Positions 24,716 through 36,679 of a stretch of DNA of 64,000 nucleotides are shown here, piece after piece. The stretch is from contig NC_085843.1 in assembly GCF_035594765.1 (NCBI RefSeq), positions 9,873,955 to 9,937,954 of the forward strand, read 5' to 3'. The stretch is from Anolis carolinensis (Eukaryota). Every line of letters begins with the position of its first letter. Within the stretch, counting starts at the first letter, position 1. Position numbers and translations under genes: made by a program. The notes under the pieces were generated by a model that was not told the origin of the DNA, did no database searches, and saw only the letters and a list, made by a program, of their open reading frames with translations.

Positions 24716-25670
24716 ACAATCAAAGCCCTGACAGACCGTGCACAAAGAATCTGCGAACCTCACCTCCTCCAAGGTGAACTAAACCACCTAAACTGGGCTC
24801 TACAGGCCAATGGATACTCCACCACAGACATCAGAAGAGCTGCAAGGCCAAGAACAAGCCATGAGAGTCAAGACAAAGATCCACCCAGAGGAAAAGTCTT
24901 CTTACCAGACATCAAGGGAACCACTGACCGCATAAGCAAACTGATGAAGAAGCGCAACCTACAAACCATCTACAGACCCACAAAGAAAATCCAACAAATG
25001 CTATGGTCAGCGAAGGACAAGAGGGATCCTCTCTCCTCTGCAGGAGTCTACTGGATACCCTGCAGCTGTGGACAAGTCTACAAAGGGACCACCAAACACA
25101 ACAGCATTGCCCAGGCACGAATCAAGGAATATGAAAGGCACTGCAGACTAACTCAACTAGAGGAGTTAGCCATAGCAGAGCACTTGATGAACCAGCCTGG
25201 ACACAGGATATTATCTGAGAACACAAAAATGCTGGACCACTCCATCAACTATCATGTCAGACAACACAGAGAAGCCATTGAAATCCACAAGCATGTGGAC
25301 AACTTCAACAGAAAGGAAGAAAACATGAAAATGAACAAAATCTGGCTACCAGTATTAAAAAAAAACTCTAAAATCAAAACAGTGGATGGGAACCAACACT
25401 CTGAGCGCAGAGCACAGCTAATGACTAACAAAGGATGCCCCCAGGCAAGAGACAAAAACCTTTCCAATGCTAATTAGGGTGATTAACTGAACAGTGACAA
25501 AAGACTCTTGCCACACCCTGGACTCTACACAGATATATATTCTTTCCTTTCCTTACTTAGTTTATCCATACCTCACAAACTCTGAGGATGCCTGCCATAG
25601 ATGTGGGCGAAACGTCAGGAGAGAATACTTCTGGAACATGGCCACACAGCCCGAAAGACATATAACAACC
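24716..25670 (+). mobile_element. Penelope-like retroelement, 5'-truncated (RT C-terminus, GIY-YIG endonuclease, pLTR)
   Basis: ORF 24665-25477 contains GVYWIPCSCGQVYKGTT...RIKE...AIAEH...REAIEI...NFNR, a PLE GIY-YIG domain. Confidence 0.9.
25580..25619 (+). ncRNA. Hammerhead ribozyme motif at the 3' pLTR of a Penelope coding fragment
   Basis: CUGAGGA-U-GCCUGC-cauagau-GUGGGC-GAAACGUC-AGG directly downstream of the GIY-YIG ORF. Confidence 0.72.
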
Positions 25671-25877
25671 CAATTACTACATAGTATTACTGTGCATGGA
25701 ACTAATTTTTCTGTCAAATTTGTTGTATAACATGATATTTTGGTGCTTAATTTGTAGAATGATTACCTAATTTGATGTTTAATCGGCTTTTCCTGAATCC
25801 CTTCTTATTATCCAACATATTCATTTATCCAACATTCTGCTGGCCTGTTTATGTTGGATAAGTGAGACTCTACTGTA

Positions 25878-26253
25878 TATTTATAATCTTATATTATCTG
25901 CTTAGAACTGGATTATATGAGGCCCCTTCTACACAGTTGTATAAAATGCACACTGAAGTGGATTATATGGCAGTGTGGAAGAGGCCTAAGTGAGGCCTAA
26001 CTCTGCCTGTCCCCAGGGCTAAGTGGGTTGCTAGGAGACCAAGTGGATGGAACTTAGCCTTCTAACTGGCAGCAATTGGATAAAAACAATTATTTCTCTC
26101 CCTCTAATTAGGACTTTATTTTTCTTTTCTTTTTGATGTATGAACGTAGAGGCATGGATGAGGGGCTGTGCTGCCAAGTTTAGTGTTTCTGGGATGTGTA
26201 GTTTAGTTGTTTTGTCCTAGGCCGAAATTTCATTACCCTTTTATATACATAGA
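25878..26253 (-). mobile_element. Possible Helitron 5' fragment
   Basis: The minus strand begins TCTATGTATATAAAAGGG, resembling Helitron 5'-TC ends; no 3' CTRR end was seen. Confidence 0.4.
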
Positions 26254-26409
26254 TAGATTGAACTTTTATGTGTTTAAATACTTTTGCAATCAGTGGATAC
26301 TGGTCTTTTTAGTTCCAAGGGAACCCATTTTCCTTTTCATTCCCTTACTTATGGCAAAATGTGATACGGAGCAAAGTGAAATGATGGTTTAATACAAGAC
26401 AGTGTTATA

Positions 26410-26673
26410 TCGTGTGGTAGGAAATACTTTATTTCTCGAAAGCAGTCGCAATTTACAAGCGTCAGAAAGCAATAGCGCCCAAGGCATACAATTAGATATT
26501 GAGTTCATAGATAAGAAATCTTTGGTCAACAAAGATCAGTGCGAAAGTCATTCAAGTATGGTTCGTGCAACGATGGTCCATGGGGTGGAGATGGCAATGA
26601 AGACCTTTCTGTGTCCTTCCCAGAAACAGGACTGGGGTTGTACATATGTCCAAGTTGCAAAATGCAGTTTGTC
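26410..26673 (-). other. Candidate non-coding 3' exon of THRSP copy 2
   Basis: Acceptor ctctttttttcattatcaattttacag ends at 26674; AATAAA at 26428-26433 (minus). The 3' end is approximate. Confidence 0.55.
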
Positions 26674-27977
26674 CTGTAAAATTGATAATGAAAAAAAGAG
26701 TTAACAAAGGGCACTGAAATCCAATATCATTAAAGTAAAGCTATTTATGGGAGGCTGCTGGAAGGAGTAGATGCACCCTTAGATTAACAAAGACTGAATA
26801 CTCTAAAATGTATGTGTTGTAATATAGGAAGTAATAAAAGGAACAAGACCCCAACCTTGACTCTCTATTGATCCTTATATAGCAGGCCTGGGCAAACTTG
26901 GGCCCTCCAGGTGTTTTGGACTTCAACTCCCACAATTCCTAACAGCCGGTAGGCTGTTAGGAATTGTGGGAGTTGAAGTCCAAAACACCTGGAGGGCCCA
27001 AGTTTGCCCAGGCCTGCCATATAAGGATTAAAAGGATGTTGTTCCCAAGACAGAAATAGCATTTCTGTACAGGCCTAGTAGTTGCTTTCTTTAATTATTT
27101 TTACTATTATTCAAGTAAGTAGTAAACTATCAGTAAGCACAGCAACATCAACACTTGACCTAAGATATTTTGCTGCTTGATTTTGCTGCAGATAACCCTG
27201 GATAATGCTGTATAAAGTCAGAGTTTTTACATTATTAGCTCCAAATAAAGTACAGCCAGTGAATCAATGACATTTGTTGACATCTTCAGAAGCAGATTCA
27301 ATGGATCAACCTTAGATGGAACTTCCAAAAAGATTCAATCCTTAGTGTCAATAGTTTCTTTTTGGCACACAGGGCAGAAAAGTCTATATCTTTCCTGGCA
27401 ATGAAAATAAGTCATAACAAAAGAAATAGCAGAAAATATATATATATCAACACCCAAAAACTAGTTGAGATGATGGTCAGTGTTGGTTAGTAGCTATGGT
27501 GCCATCTACACTGCCATATAATGCAGTTTCAAACCACATTAAAGGGTACTGTAGATGGGGCCCAAAATGCCACACAGTCCTATAACCTGGAATATTAAGC
27601 AGAAAATCTCGCAATACATGCTTTGAATTGGGTTATATAAGTCCATACTGCCATATATTCCAGTTCAAAGCAGAAAATGTGGGATTGTATTCAGCTGTGT
27701 GGAAGGGGCCTGGAGCAGCAATTCCACTCCAGATTTAAGGCTGAACTTAAAGGAGCAAAAGAGGGTTCGAAGTGCAGAATTGCTTTAAAGTTCAGACTAA
27801 AACCCAAAGTGGATCTACTGCTGTATTGACACCAAAGCTATCAGTTGGTTCCACATAACAGCCTAATGGTACAAGTGGTTTGTATGATGTAAAATAATAT
27901 TTATTCCTCCAGTTTCTACTGGCAAATGATGCCAAGAGAAGAAATGTTAGAACAGTGGTTCCCAACCTTTGGGCCTC

Positions 27978-28472
27978 CAGGTCAGTTGAAGGGAGATGTT
28001 GGCAAGCTGGAAAGCGTCCAGAGGAGGGCAACTAAAAGGATCAAGGGTCTGGAGAACAAGCCCTGTGAGGAGCGGCTTAAAGAGCTGGGCATGCTTAGCA
28101 TGCAGAAGAGAAGGCTGAGAGGAGACATGATAGCCATGTACAAATACGTGAAGGGAAGTCATAGGGAGGAGGGAGCAAGCTTGTTTTCTGCTGCCCTGCT
28201 GACTAGGACGCGGAACAATGGCTTCAAACTACAGGAAAGGAGATTCCACCTGAACATCAGGAAGAACTTCCTCACTGTGAGAGCTGTTCAGCAGTGGAAC
28301 TCTCTGCCCTGGACTGTGGTGGAGGCTCCTTCTTTGGAGGCTTTTAAGCAGAGGCTGGATGGCCATCTGTCAGGGGTGCTTTGAATGAGATTTTCCTGCT
28401 ACTTGCAGGGGGTTGGACTGGATGGCCCATGAGGTCTCTTCCAACTCTACGATTCTATGATTCTATGATTCT
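27978..28472 (+). mobile_element. CR1 LINE 3' fragment inserted in a hAT MITE
   Basis: [16 protein letters not shown]...YEERL-type motif and RRLRGDMI...WNSLP; (ATTCTATG)n tail. Confidence 0.9.
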
Positions 28473-28697
28473 AGGTGTTTTGGATTTCAACTCCTAGAAA
28501 TCCCATCCAGCTAACCAGCTGTTAGGAATTGTGGGAGCTGAAGTCCAAAACACTTGGAGACCCAAAGGTTGGGAATCACTGTTTTAATCTTTCTTCCCTT
28601 GGTATCATTTGCCAGTAGAAACTGTAGGAATAAACATTATTTTAGAATGAAATAAGGAGGTTCCAGAGTCAGTAGATAGCTCACCTGGCACATGGTT

Positions 28698-29045
28698 TCA
28701 CCACCGGAGAGAAAATTCGTTCTGGCCGATCTGCCCCATGATTTCGTTGTATTTGGATGTTACGGTGTTGGCCATGCCGGTCAGCCGCGTCAGGATGTGG
28801 TGCAGACAGGACACGTGGAAATGAAAGAGTCCTTCAAGGTCTGCCTCCTCCTTGCCGTCCTCTTCGGGGAGGCCGAGGCTCTTCTCTTTCAGGCCTCCTT
28901 CTGCCGCCAACTTGATGGATTTGAGGAGGCTGTAATATTCATGCAAGTCTTTGTCGTCCTGGTTCTCCAAGGAGACCCCCAAGAGAAGACTGGGGAACAT
29001 CACCGTTTGTTCCATCTTGCGGACGGCAGCAAAGTAGTCTTCCAT
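28698..29045 (-). CDS. THRSP: Spot14/THRSP-family protein, copy 2 (115 aa)
   Basis: MEDYFAAVRKMEQTVMFPSLL...DLHEYYSLLKSIK...DLEGLFHFHVSCLHHILTRLT...KYNEIMGQIGQNEFSLRW. gccATGG Kozak; TATAAA at 29141-29136; donor CAG|gtgagc at 28685/28684. Confidence 0.92.
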   Translation of the reverse strand: MEDYFAAVRKMEQTVMFPSLLLGVSLENQDDKDLHEYYSLLKSIKLAAEGGLKEKSLGLPEEDGKEEADLEGLFHFHVSCLHHILTRLTGMANTVTSKYNEIMGQIGQNEFSLRW

Positions 29046-29135
29046 GGCGAAAAGTAAAGAGATTCTCCGAGTCTGAAGTCCCAAGAAAGACTAGCCAAGT
29101 TGAAGCTGTCATAGCTCCAAACCTTGCGGCATCCC

Positions 29136-29199
29136 TTTATAAAGCAAGATGCAATCCTCCTGGCACATGTCGGACCTCATGATTGGGATGGTCCCAATC
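29136..29199 (-). promoter_or_regulatory. THRSP copy 2 core promoter: TATA box plus paired CCAAT boxes
   Basis: TATAAAG about 95 nt upstream of the ATG; GATTGGGA-tgg-TCCCAATC at 29181-29199 gives a CCAAT on each strand. Confidence 0.6.
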
Positions 29200-30141
29200 T
29201 GGACACTCTTCTTCCAGCTGAGTTAGCAGTTTCTTGCTCACAGCTGGCAACGTGATTTTATTTACAATCTGGACTCATTCCCAAGCTCTTTTGCCCAGAT
29301 CGGAGCTCATGTTGCCTCTCTGTTGGCCAATAACAAGAAGGAAAGAAAGGGAGAGCTCAACGTGAATGGAAATCTCCTATTTCTTTTTTGGCAAGACACA
29401 TTCCTGGTGGCTGGAGAGCCGAGCCAAGGCTGTGAAAGGCACCGAGAGCTATGTTTCGTCACTTGTACTCAGTTTGCGAAATGGGTTCTCCCCATAGTTT
29501 TGCTGAGTATCTGGAGGAACTATTTTCAGGACTCTTCTCCAACCACAAGACATTGGGCAACGGCCCAAGTCTGGTAACCTTGGTCTCCTCTAAATATATC
29601 CATAAAAGTGTCAAAGGGGATAACTGGGGAAAGACATAGCAAGTGGCCATATATTTAGCCAGACCGTATGTCCTTTCGCCTGGTATTGTGAACTTCCAAC
29701 TTGGCTTCCAACTTCAAGGGTGTCATGACTATGGCTACATCTCCACTGTAGAATGAATGCAGTTTGATTTCATCTTAATTGCAATGGTTAAATGCTATGG
29801 AATTATAAGAATTGTATAGCAGAGTGCCAATTTGCTAAAGGCTAAAGACCTTGTAAAACTATAGCTCCCAGGACTCCATGGCCTTGATTCATGACACTTA
29901 AAGTGCATTAATTCTACAGTGGAGATGCGCCTGAAGCTTTGGATTGCATTCCAAACTTCAAAAGAGCTGTTCAAGGTTCACCTTATTTCGCAGCAAATAA
30001 TGTTCCGTATCTTGGGTCATTCTTTTGCAATCTGAAATAAAAAACAGAGTGGGTTTGCTACACTGCTAAACAGAAGCAACAGGCAATCACAGTGGTAACA
30101 GCTTTCCAGGGGACTATTGCGGAGCGGAAAATGTCCTTTCT

Positions 30142-31695
30142 GTTGTTGTGAGTTTTCTGGGCTGTATGGTCATGTTCCAGAAGCATTCTCTCCTGACATT
30201 TTGCCCACATATATGGCAGGCATCCCCAGGGGTTCTGAGGTCTGTTGGAAACTAGTCAAGTGAGATTTATATATCTGTGGAAGGTCCAGGGTGGCAGAAA
30301 GAACTCTTGTCTGCTGGTAGAAAGTGTGACTGTCGCAATTAATCACCTTGATTAGCATAGAAAAGTTTTGCATCTTCAAGGCCTGGCTGCTTCCTGCCTG
30401 ATGCAATCCTTTGTTGGGAAGTGTTTGATGGCCCTGATTGTTTCATGTCTGGAATTCCCTTGTTTTCAGAGTGTTGTTCTTTATTTACTGTCCTGATTTT
30501 AGAGGATTTTAAAAATACTGGTAGCCAGATTTTGTTCATTTTCATGGTTTCATCCTTTGTTGAAATTGTCCACATGCTTGTGGATTTCAATGGCTTCTCT
30601 GTGTCATCTGACATGGTGGTTGTGCGAATGGTCCAGCATTTCTGTGTTCTCAAATAATATACTGTGTCCAGGTTGGTTCATCATGTGCTCTGCTATGGCT
30701 GACTTCTCTGGTTGAGTTAGTCTGCAGTGTCCTTCATGTTCCTTGATTTGTGCCTGGGCAATGCTGTTGCGTTTGGTGGTCCCTCTGTAGACTTGTCTAC
30801 AGCTGCAGGGTATACGGTAGACTCCTACAGATGTGAGAGGATCCCTCTTGTTCTTTGCTGAATGTAGCATTTGTTGGATTTTCTTGGTGGGTCTGTAGAT
30901 AGTTTGTAGGTTGTGTTTCTTCCTCACCTTCCCCATGCAGTCAGTGGTTCCCTTGATGTATGGTAAGAACCCTTTTCCTCTGGGTGGATCTTTGTCTTGA
31001 CTCTCATGGCTTGTTCTTGGCCTTGCAGCTCTTCTGATGTCTGTGGTGGAGTCTCCATTGGCCTGTAGAGCCCAGTTTAGGTGGTTTAGTTCACCTTGGA
31101 GGAGGTGAGGTTCGCAGATTCTTTGTGCACGGTCTGCCAAGGCTTTGATTGTGCTTCTTTTTTGACTTGGGTGATGGTTGGAGTTTTTACGTACTGTAGG
31201 TATCTCTCCGTGTGTGTGGATTTTCTATAAACTGCTTGGCCCAATTGTTGATTGGGTTTGCGGATGAGTAGGACATCTAGAATTTACAGTTTCCTTCATT
31301 TTCTTTTTCCATGGTGAATTGGATGTTTGGGTGGATGCTGTTGAGGTGGTCCAGGAACTTGTTGAGGTCTTTTTCTGCATGGCTTCAAATGGTGAAGGTG
31401 TCATCCAGAAATCTGAACCATATAGTGGGCATTTTTCATGCTGATTCCAGGGCTTGTTTTTCAAAGTGTTCCATGTAAAATGTTCTTGGCAGGAGGTTGG
31501 ACTGGATGGCCCATGAGGTCTCTTCCAACTCTACTATTCTATGATTCTATGTAGAAATTTGCTATGACAGGGCTGAGAAGGCTCCCCATGGCTACTCCAT
31601 CTTCATTGTCCTCCTGAAAATAGCTTGTGGTGAGGGAATGGTGAAACAGGGCTGTGATGTCTCCTGGGAAATGTCTTTTCACCTGCTGCTTTCAA
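30142..31695 (-). mobile_element. Penelope-like retroelement, degenerate, with a short CR1 tail at ~31485-31550
   Basis: Minus-strand DGVAMGSLLSPVIANFYM and WFRFLDDTF (RT motifs), GVYRIPCSC GIY-YIG, then a pLTR; frameshifted. Confidence 0.88.
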
Positions 31696-32595
31696 AATGG
31701 AGATGGTAAGAATCTAATTTGGGACCTTTCCCATTTACCTGTCTCTAATTCAGTGGTTCTCAACCTGTGGGTCCCCAGGTGTTTTGGCCTGCAACTCCAG
31801 ACATCCCAGCCAGTTTACCAGCTGTTAGGATTTATGGAAGTTGAAGGCCAAAACATCTGGGGACCCACAGGTTGAGAACCACTGCTATAATAGATATGGT
31901 TCTATGCTATAGAATTCAGGGATTTGTAGTTTAGGGAGAAACAATCAGAGTTCTCAGCCTCCACCAAACTATAGATCCTGGAATCCATCAAATGCAGCCA
32001 TGACAGTTAAGGTGGCACCACGATGCTGTAATTGTGTCATATCGAAAAGCTCTTGAGATGTCAGGAATTGAACCAGGTACTTTTACTATCATCTGCTATT
32101 TGGTTTTCCTGGATGTGGAATATAGAAATTGAACCCAGAACTTTCCCTATCTATTGCTTTTCAGTTCTAGCTGAAGATGTCACAACTTGAATACAGGACT
32201 TGTTATTTGATTCAGCCAGTGGTCTAAGTTTATCTAAAATAAAGTATAAGGAACAGATCTTTTGGATGATGCTGTCCCAAGAACTTTCCTTTTCCTTTTC
32301 ACTAGATAAAGAATATTTATAATTAATACTATATCTGCTACTCATACCTCCTGTCTCCCCGTTTATCCAAGTCTGTGGTGGATGAATATCAATAGGGGTG
32401 CAAATTACCTTGAGAAGCTGATTATTCCCAAATGTGGATTAATTTTTTTACCAAAATTAAATTTAATGTTTTCTTCTGCTGTTCTGGATAGCTGCTTCCA
32501 GGGAATGCTTTACAAAAGTTAAATTTGCCCTTGTGAAGATGGATTAGTATTATTTATTTATAATTTATTATTTATTTATAATTTATTTATTTATA

Positions 32596-32626
<31 letters not shown>

Positions 32627-33040
32627 TATTATTATTAGTAGAGACCCCATCTCACAAGTTCTTTTTTTTGGGTGATATTGCTAACGGATATCACACGTCT
32701 CTTATATATATATAGTGAAGGTAAAGGTTTTCCCTTGAGATTAAGTCTAGTCGTGTCTGACTCTGGGGGTTGGTGCTCATCTCCATTTCTAAGCCAAAGA
32801 GCGGGCGTTATCTGTAGGCCATGTGGCCAGCATGACTGCATGGAACGCCGTTATCTTCCCACTGGAGCAGTACCTATTGATCTACTCACATTTGCTTCTT
32901 TTCAAACGGCTAGGTTGGCAGAAGCTGGGGCTAACAAAAGCTTTCCCTGGGTTGGCAGAAGCTTTCCCTGCTCCCCAGATTCAAACCGCTGACCTTTTGG
33001 TCAACAAGTTCAGCAGCTCAACGCTGTGCCACCGGGGGCT

Positions 33041-33091
<51 letters not shown>

Positions 33092-33092
33092 C

Positions 33093-33256
33093 AAAATCAA
33101 CTTTGCAATAATTTAAGTTCTCTTTTCCTTAGCTTTGGCTAATAACTACAAATCAGAATATCTTCCATATATATATATATATGGAAGATATTCTGATTTG
33201 TTGTTATTAGCCAAAGCTAAGAAAAAGAGAACTGAAATTATTTCAAAGTTGATTTT
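33093..33256. repeat. Imperfect palindrome centred on (AT)n
   Basis: Arms of ~75 bp with few mismatches around 33167-33182; a (TA)n tract lies at 33043-33090. Confidence 0.85.
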
Positions 33257-35998
33257 TTTCTCTACTCTTATAGTTTGTAAAAATATTATTTAAAAATTCA
33301 GGGAGTTGTCATTTTACAAACTTTCTGTGCCAAAGAGTGCTTTATACCTCAGCAAACTACAACTCCCAGGCTTCCATAGCATTGAGCCATGGCAGTTTAG
33401 GTAATGTCAAACTGCATTAATTCTACAGTGTAAATGCACCTCTAGAGAGAAGGGAGTGAAGAGTAGGGCAGAGGTTATGGGTGGTGGGAGGTTAAGCACA
33501 CCTTCTCCGCATGCCTTTTCTCTTTTCCAGACAGCAGACTTTCCCTTCTTAAATGTTTTTTTAAAATGTCTGGCAGAGACACGGGGGACCAAAGTTCTGT
33601 GGACACAATTGCATTTGACCCTAAAACAGACCACAGAATATTACAAAGACAATATAGTCTACCTCTATATCAGCCATGGGCAAACCTGGCTCCTCCCGAT
33701 GTTTTGGACTACAACTCCCACAATTCCTAACAGCCGGTAGGCTGTTAGGAATTGTGGGAGTTGTAGTCCAAAACACCTGGAGGGCCAAAGTTTGCCCATT
33801 TGTGGTCTATAGAATCATAGAATTATAGACTCTTAAGGGTTTGGCGGAACCGTAAGGGCCATCTAGTCCAACCCCTTGCCATGCAGGAATGTCGTTGGAC
33901 ACTTTAACTGCCATCGTTCATTGCAATGAAACCATGGGAGTAGTAGCTTTACAAGTTCTTTATTTAAGGTTCTCTGCCAAAGAGTGCTGGTATCTCACCC
34001 ATCTGCAACTCCCAGAATGCTATGGCACTGACCCATGGCAGTTAAAGGGGTGTCAAATGGCCCGTGTAGACGCACTGCAAGATTTAAAGATAAAAGTAAA
34101 GGTTTCCCTTGATGTTAAGTCCAGTTGTGTCCGACTCTGGGGGTTGGTGCTCATCTCCATTTCTAAGCCGAAGAGCCGGCGTTGTCCGTAGACACCTCCA
34201 AGGTCATGTGGCCACTGGCATGACTGCATGGAGCGCCATTACCTTCCCGCCAGAGCAGTACCTATTGATCTACTAACATTGGCATGTTTTCGAACTGCTA
34301 GGTTGGCAGAAGCTGGAGCTAACAGCAGCCACTCGCGCCACTCCCGGAGTTTGAACCTGGCACCTTTCGGTCTGCAAGTTCAGCAGCTCAGTGCTTTAAC
34401 ACACTTCGCCACCTGATTTTTCTTCTATTGATTAAACAGAAGGCGTCTTTTGCTTCAAACAGCAACATTCTTGGTATTGCTCTCTGCAACTCTCCTCCAC
34501 TATTTTTAAGGCATAGAAACCTATGGCACCTGGGTCAGTGTGAGATTGGCAGAGAAAGAAGCAAATTCACTGTGTGGATGGTTAGATGTAATGTCCTGGA
34601 AACGGTTCGAGGTTTGGATGGTGCTTCTACACATCACTAATACTGGCCTCAAACCAGTTCCAGGATCTGCATGATTCACAGCTTCACGGCCATCAAGGAA
34701 TCGTATTTTCTTTTTCGCCTCTGCATGTGCAGATCACCAGGGCATCTGTCCCTTCATCTATTTTACCATGCAATGTCGCTTATATTTTAGATATGCATGT
34801 GCGAATTATGGGCTGTATTTTGGCGTGTTCCCCAACTTTGCTTATCCTGGTTTAAAACCCTTAAATGGCGTGTCTGCTGTGTGCATCATTTAAAGTTCGA
34901 ATCCCACCCGGGGAGAATACAGATGAGCTCCCTCTGTCAGCTCCAGCTCCATGCAGGGACATGAGAGAAGCCTCCCACAAGGATGGTAAAACATCAAAAC
35001 ATCCGGGCGTCCCCTGGGCAACGTCCTTTTAGACGGCCAATTCTCTCACTCCAGAAGTAACTCCGGTTGCTCCTGACACACACAAAAAAATAATCATTTA
35101 AATACTGCACCCTCAAGCTGCCTTCGAAGTGCATTTAGTGATCAGTATAGATGTGCCCCAGCAGCTAAAAAAACCCATGCGATTATATATTATAGACATA
35201 ATCTCACTCTATTCTGTTTTGGTCAGACCTCACCTGGAAGGTTTTATCCAATTCTGGGCATCACAATTCAAGAAAGGTATTGATAAATTGGAAAGTGTCC
35301 AGGACATTAAGCCCAATGAGGAACTGGTTAGGGAGCTGGGGACATTTAGCTTGGAGAAAAGAAGGAGACATGAGAGCCATGTTTAAAGATCTGAAAGGAT
35401 GTCACATTGAGGAGGAAGAAGCCTGTTTTCTGCGGCTCTGGAGACTAGTACACCACGAAGCGATGGATTCAAGCTGCAGGAAAAAAGAGATTTCACCTTA
35501 GCATTAGGAAGAACATCTGGATAGTTAGCCTTGTTTGACTGTAGAACATGCCACCTGGAAATCTGGTGGAGTGTCTTTCTCTGGAGGTTTTTAAGCAGAG
35601 GCTGGATGACCATCTGTCAGGAGGGCTTGCATTGTGTCTTCCTTCATGGCAGGACTTCTTAAACTTTTCCCACTTGCAGTCCCTTTCTGGCCGAGACATT
35701 TTTGTGTGAGCTCAGGTATACAGGTATATAAAATAGATATAAAACACCAAACATGTACTGGTAATACATCAGCAATAGCAAGACTTGCTAAACAGGTTGA
35801 TTCTTCTTTTTATGTAGTGTGGTTGAAGCATTTTCTGCAGAATCCACTGTAAACACTGCACGTGGTTGCTAACAGATTTGGATAAATTGGTGGCTTTCAC
35901 AAGCCTTTTACTATTGGTAATTTGTTTGTAGCTCCAACCTCTCAACCTTCCTAATGCCACAACTCCTTAATGCAGTTCTTCATGTTGTGGTGACCCTC

Positions 35999-36073
<75 letters not shown>

Positions 36074-36074
<1 letters not shown>

Positions 36075-36473
36075 TTCTGGAACACAACACACCAGACATC
36101 ACAGTCGTGGAAAAGAAAAAGGTTTGGATCATTGATGTCGCCATCCCAGGTGACAGTCACATTGATGAAAAACAACAGGAAAAACTCAGCCGCTATCAGG
36201 ACCTCAAGATTGAACTTCAAAGACTCTGGCAGAAACCAGTGCAGGTGGTCCCGGTGGTGATGGGCACACTGGGTGCCGTGCCAAAAGATCTCAGTCGGCA
36301 TTTGGAAACAATAGACATTGACAAAATTACGATCTGCCAACTGCAAAAGGCCACCCGACTGGGATCTGCACGCATCATCCGAAAATACATCACACAGTCC
36401 TAGACACTTGTGAAGTGTTCGACTTGTGATTTTGTGATACGAAATCCAGCATATCTATCTTGTTTGCTGTCAT
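36074..36473 (+). mobile_element. R4/Dong 3' fragment
   Basis: LEHNTPDITVVEKKKVWIIDVAIPGD...IIRKYITQS*, flanked by (AAT)n/(GAT)n and (AAT)n. Confidence 0.88.
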
Positions 36474-36475
36474 AA

Positions 36476-36515
<40 letters not shown>

Positions 36516-36538
36516 TCTATCTACTTTGCTGTCAGACT

Positions 36539-36679
36539 NNNNNNNNNNNNNNNNNNNNNNNNNNNNNNNNNNNNNNNNNNNNNNNNNNNNNNNNNNNNNN
36601 NNNNNNNNNNNNNNNNNNNNNNNNNNNNNNNNNNNNNNNNNNNNNNNNNNNNNNNNNNNNNNNNNNNNNNNNNNNNNNN
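36539..36679. other. Assembly gap
   Basis: Run of N. Confidence 1.

Noticed and set aside
29045-29112. Out-of-frame upstream ATG at 29112
   Set aside because: It sits about 29 nt downstream of TATA, at the predicted start site, so it is unlikely to be scanned; cannot be judged without CAGE.
29238-29255. Possible ChoRE upstream of THRSP copy 2 (cacgttgccagctgtga)
   Set aside because: Half-sites and spacing do not fit two E-boxes separated by 5 bp.
33093-33256. Palindrome as the centre of the inverted duplication that made THRSP copies 2 and 3
   Set aside because: The arms are far more similar to each other than the paralogs are, so the palindrome is much younger.
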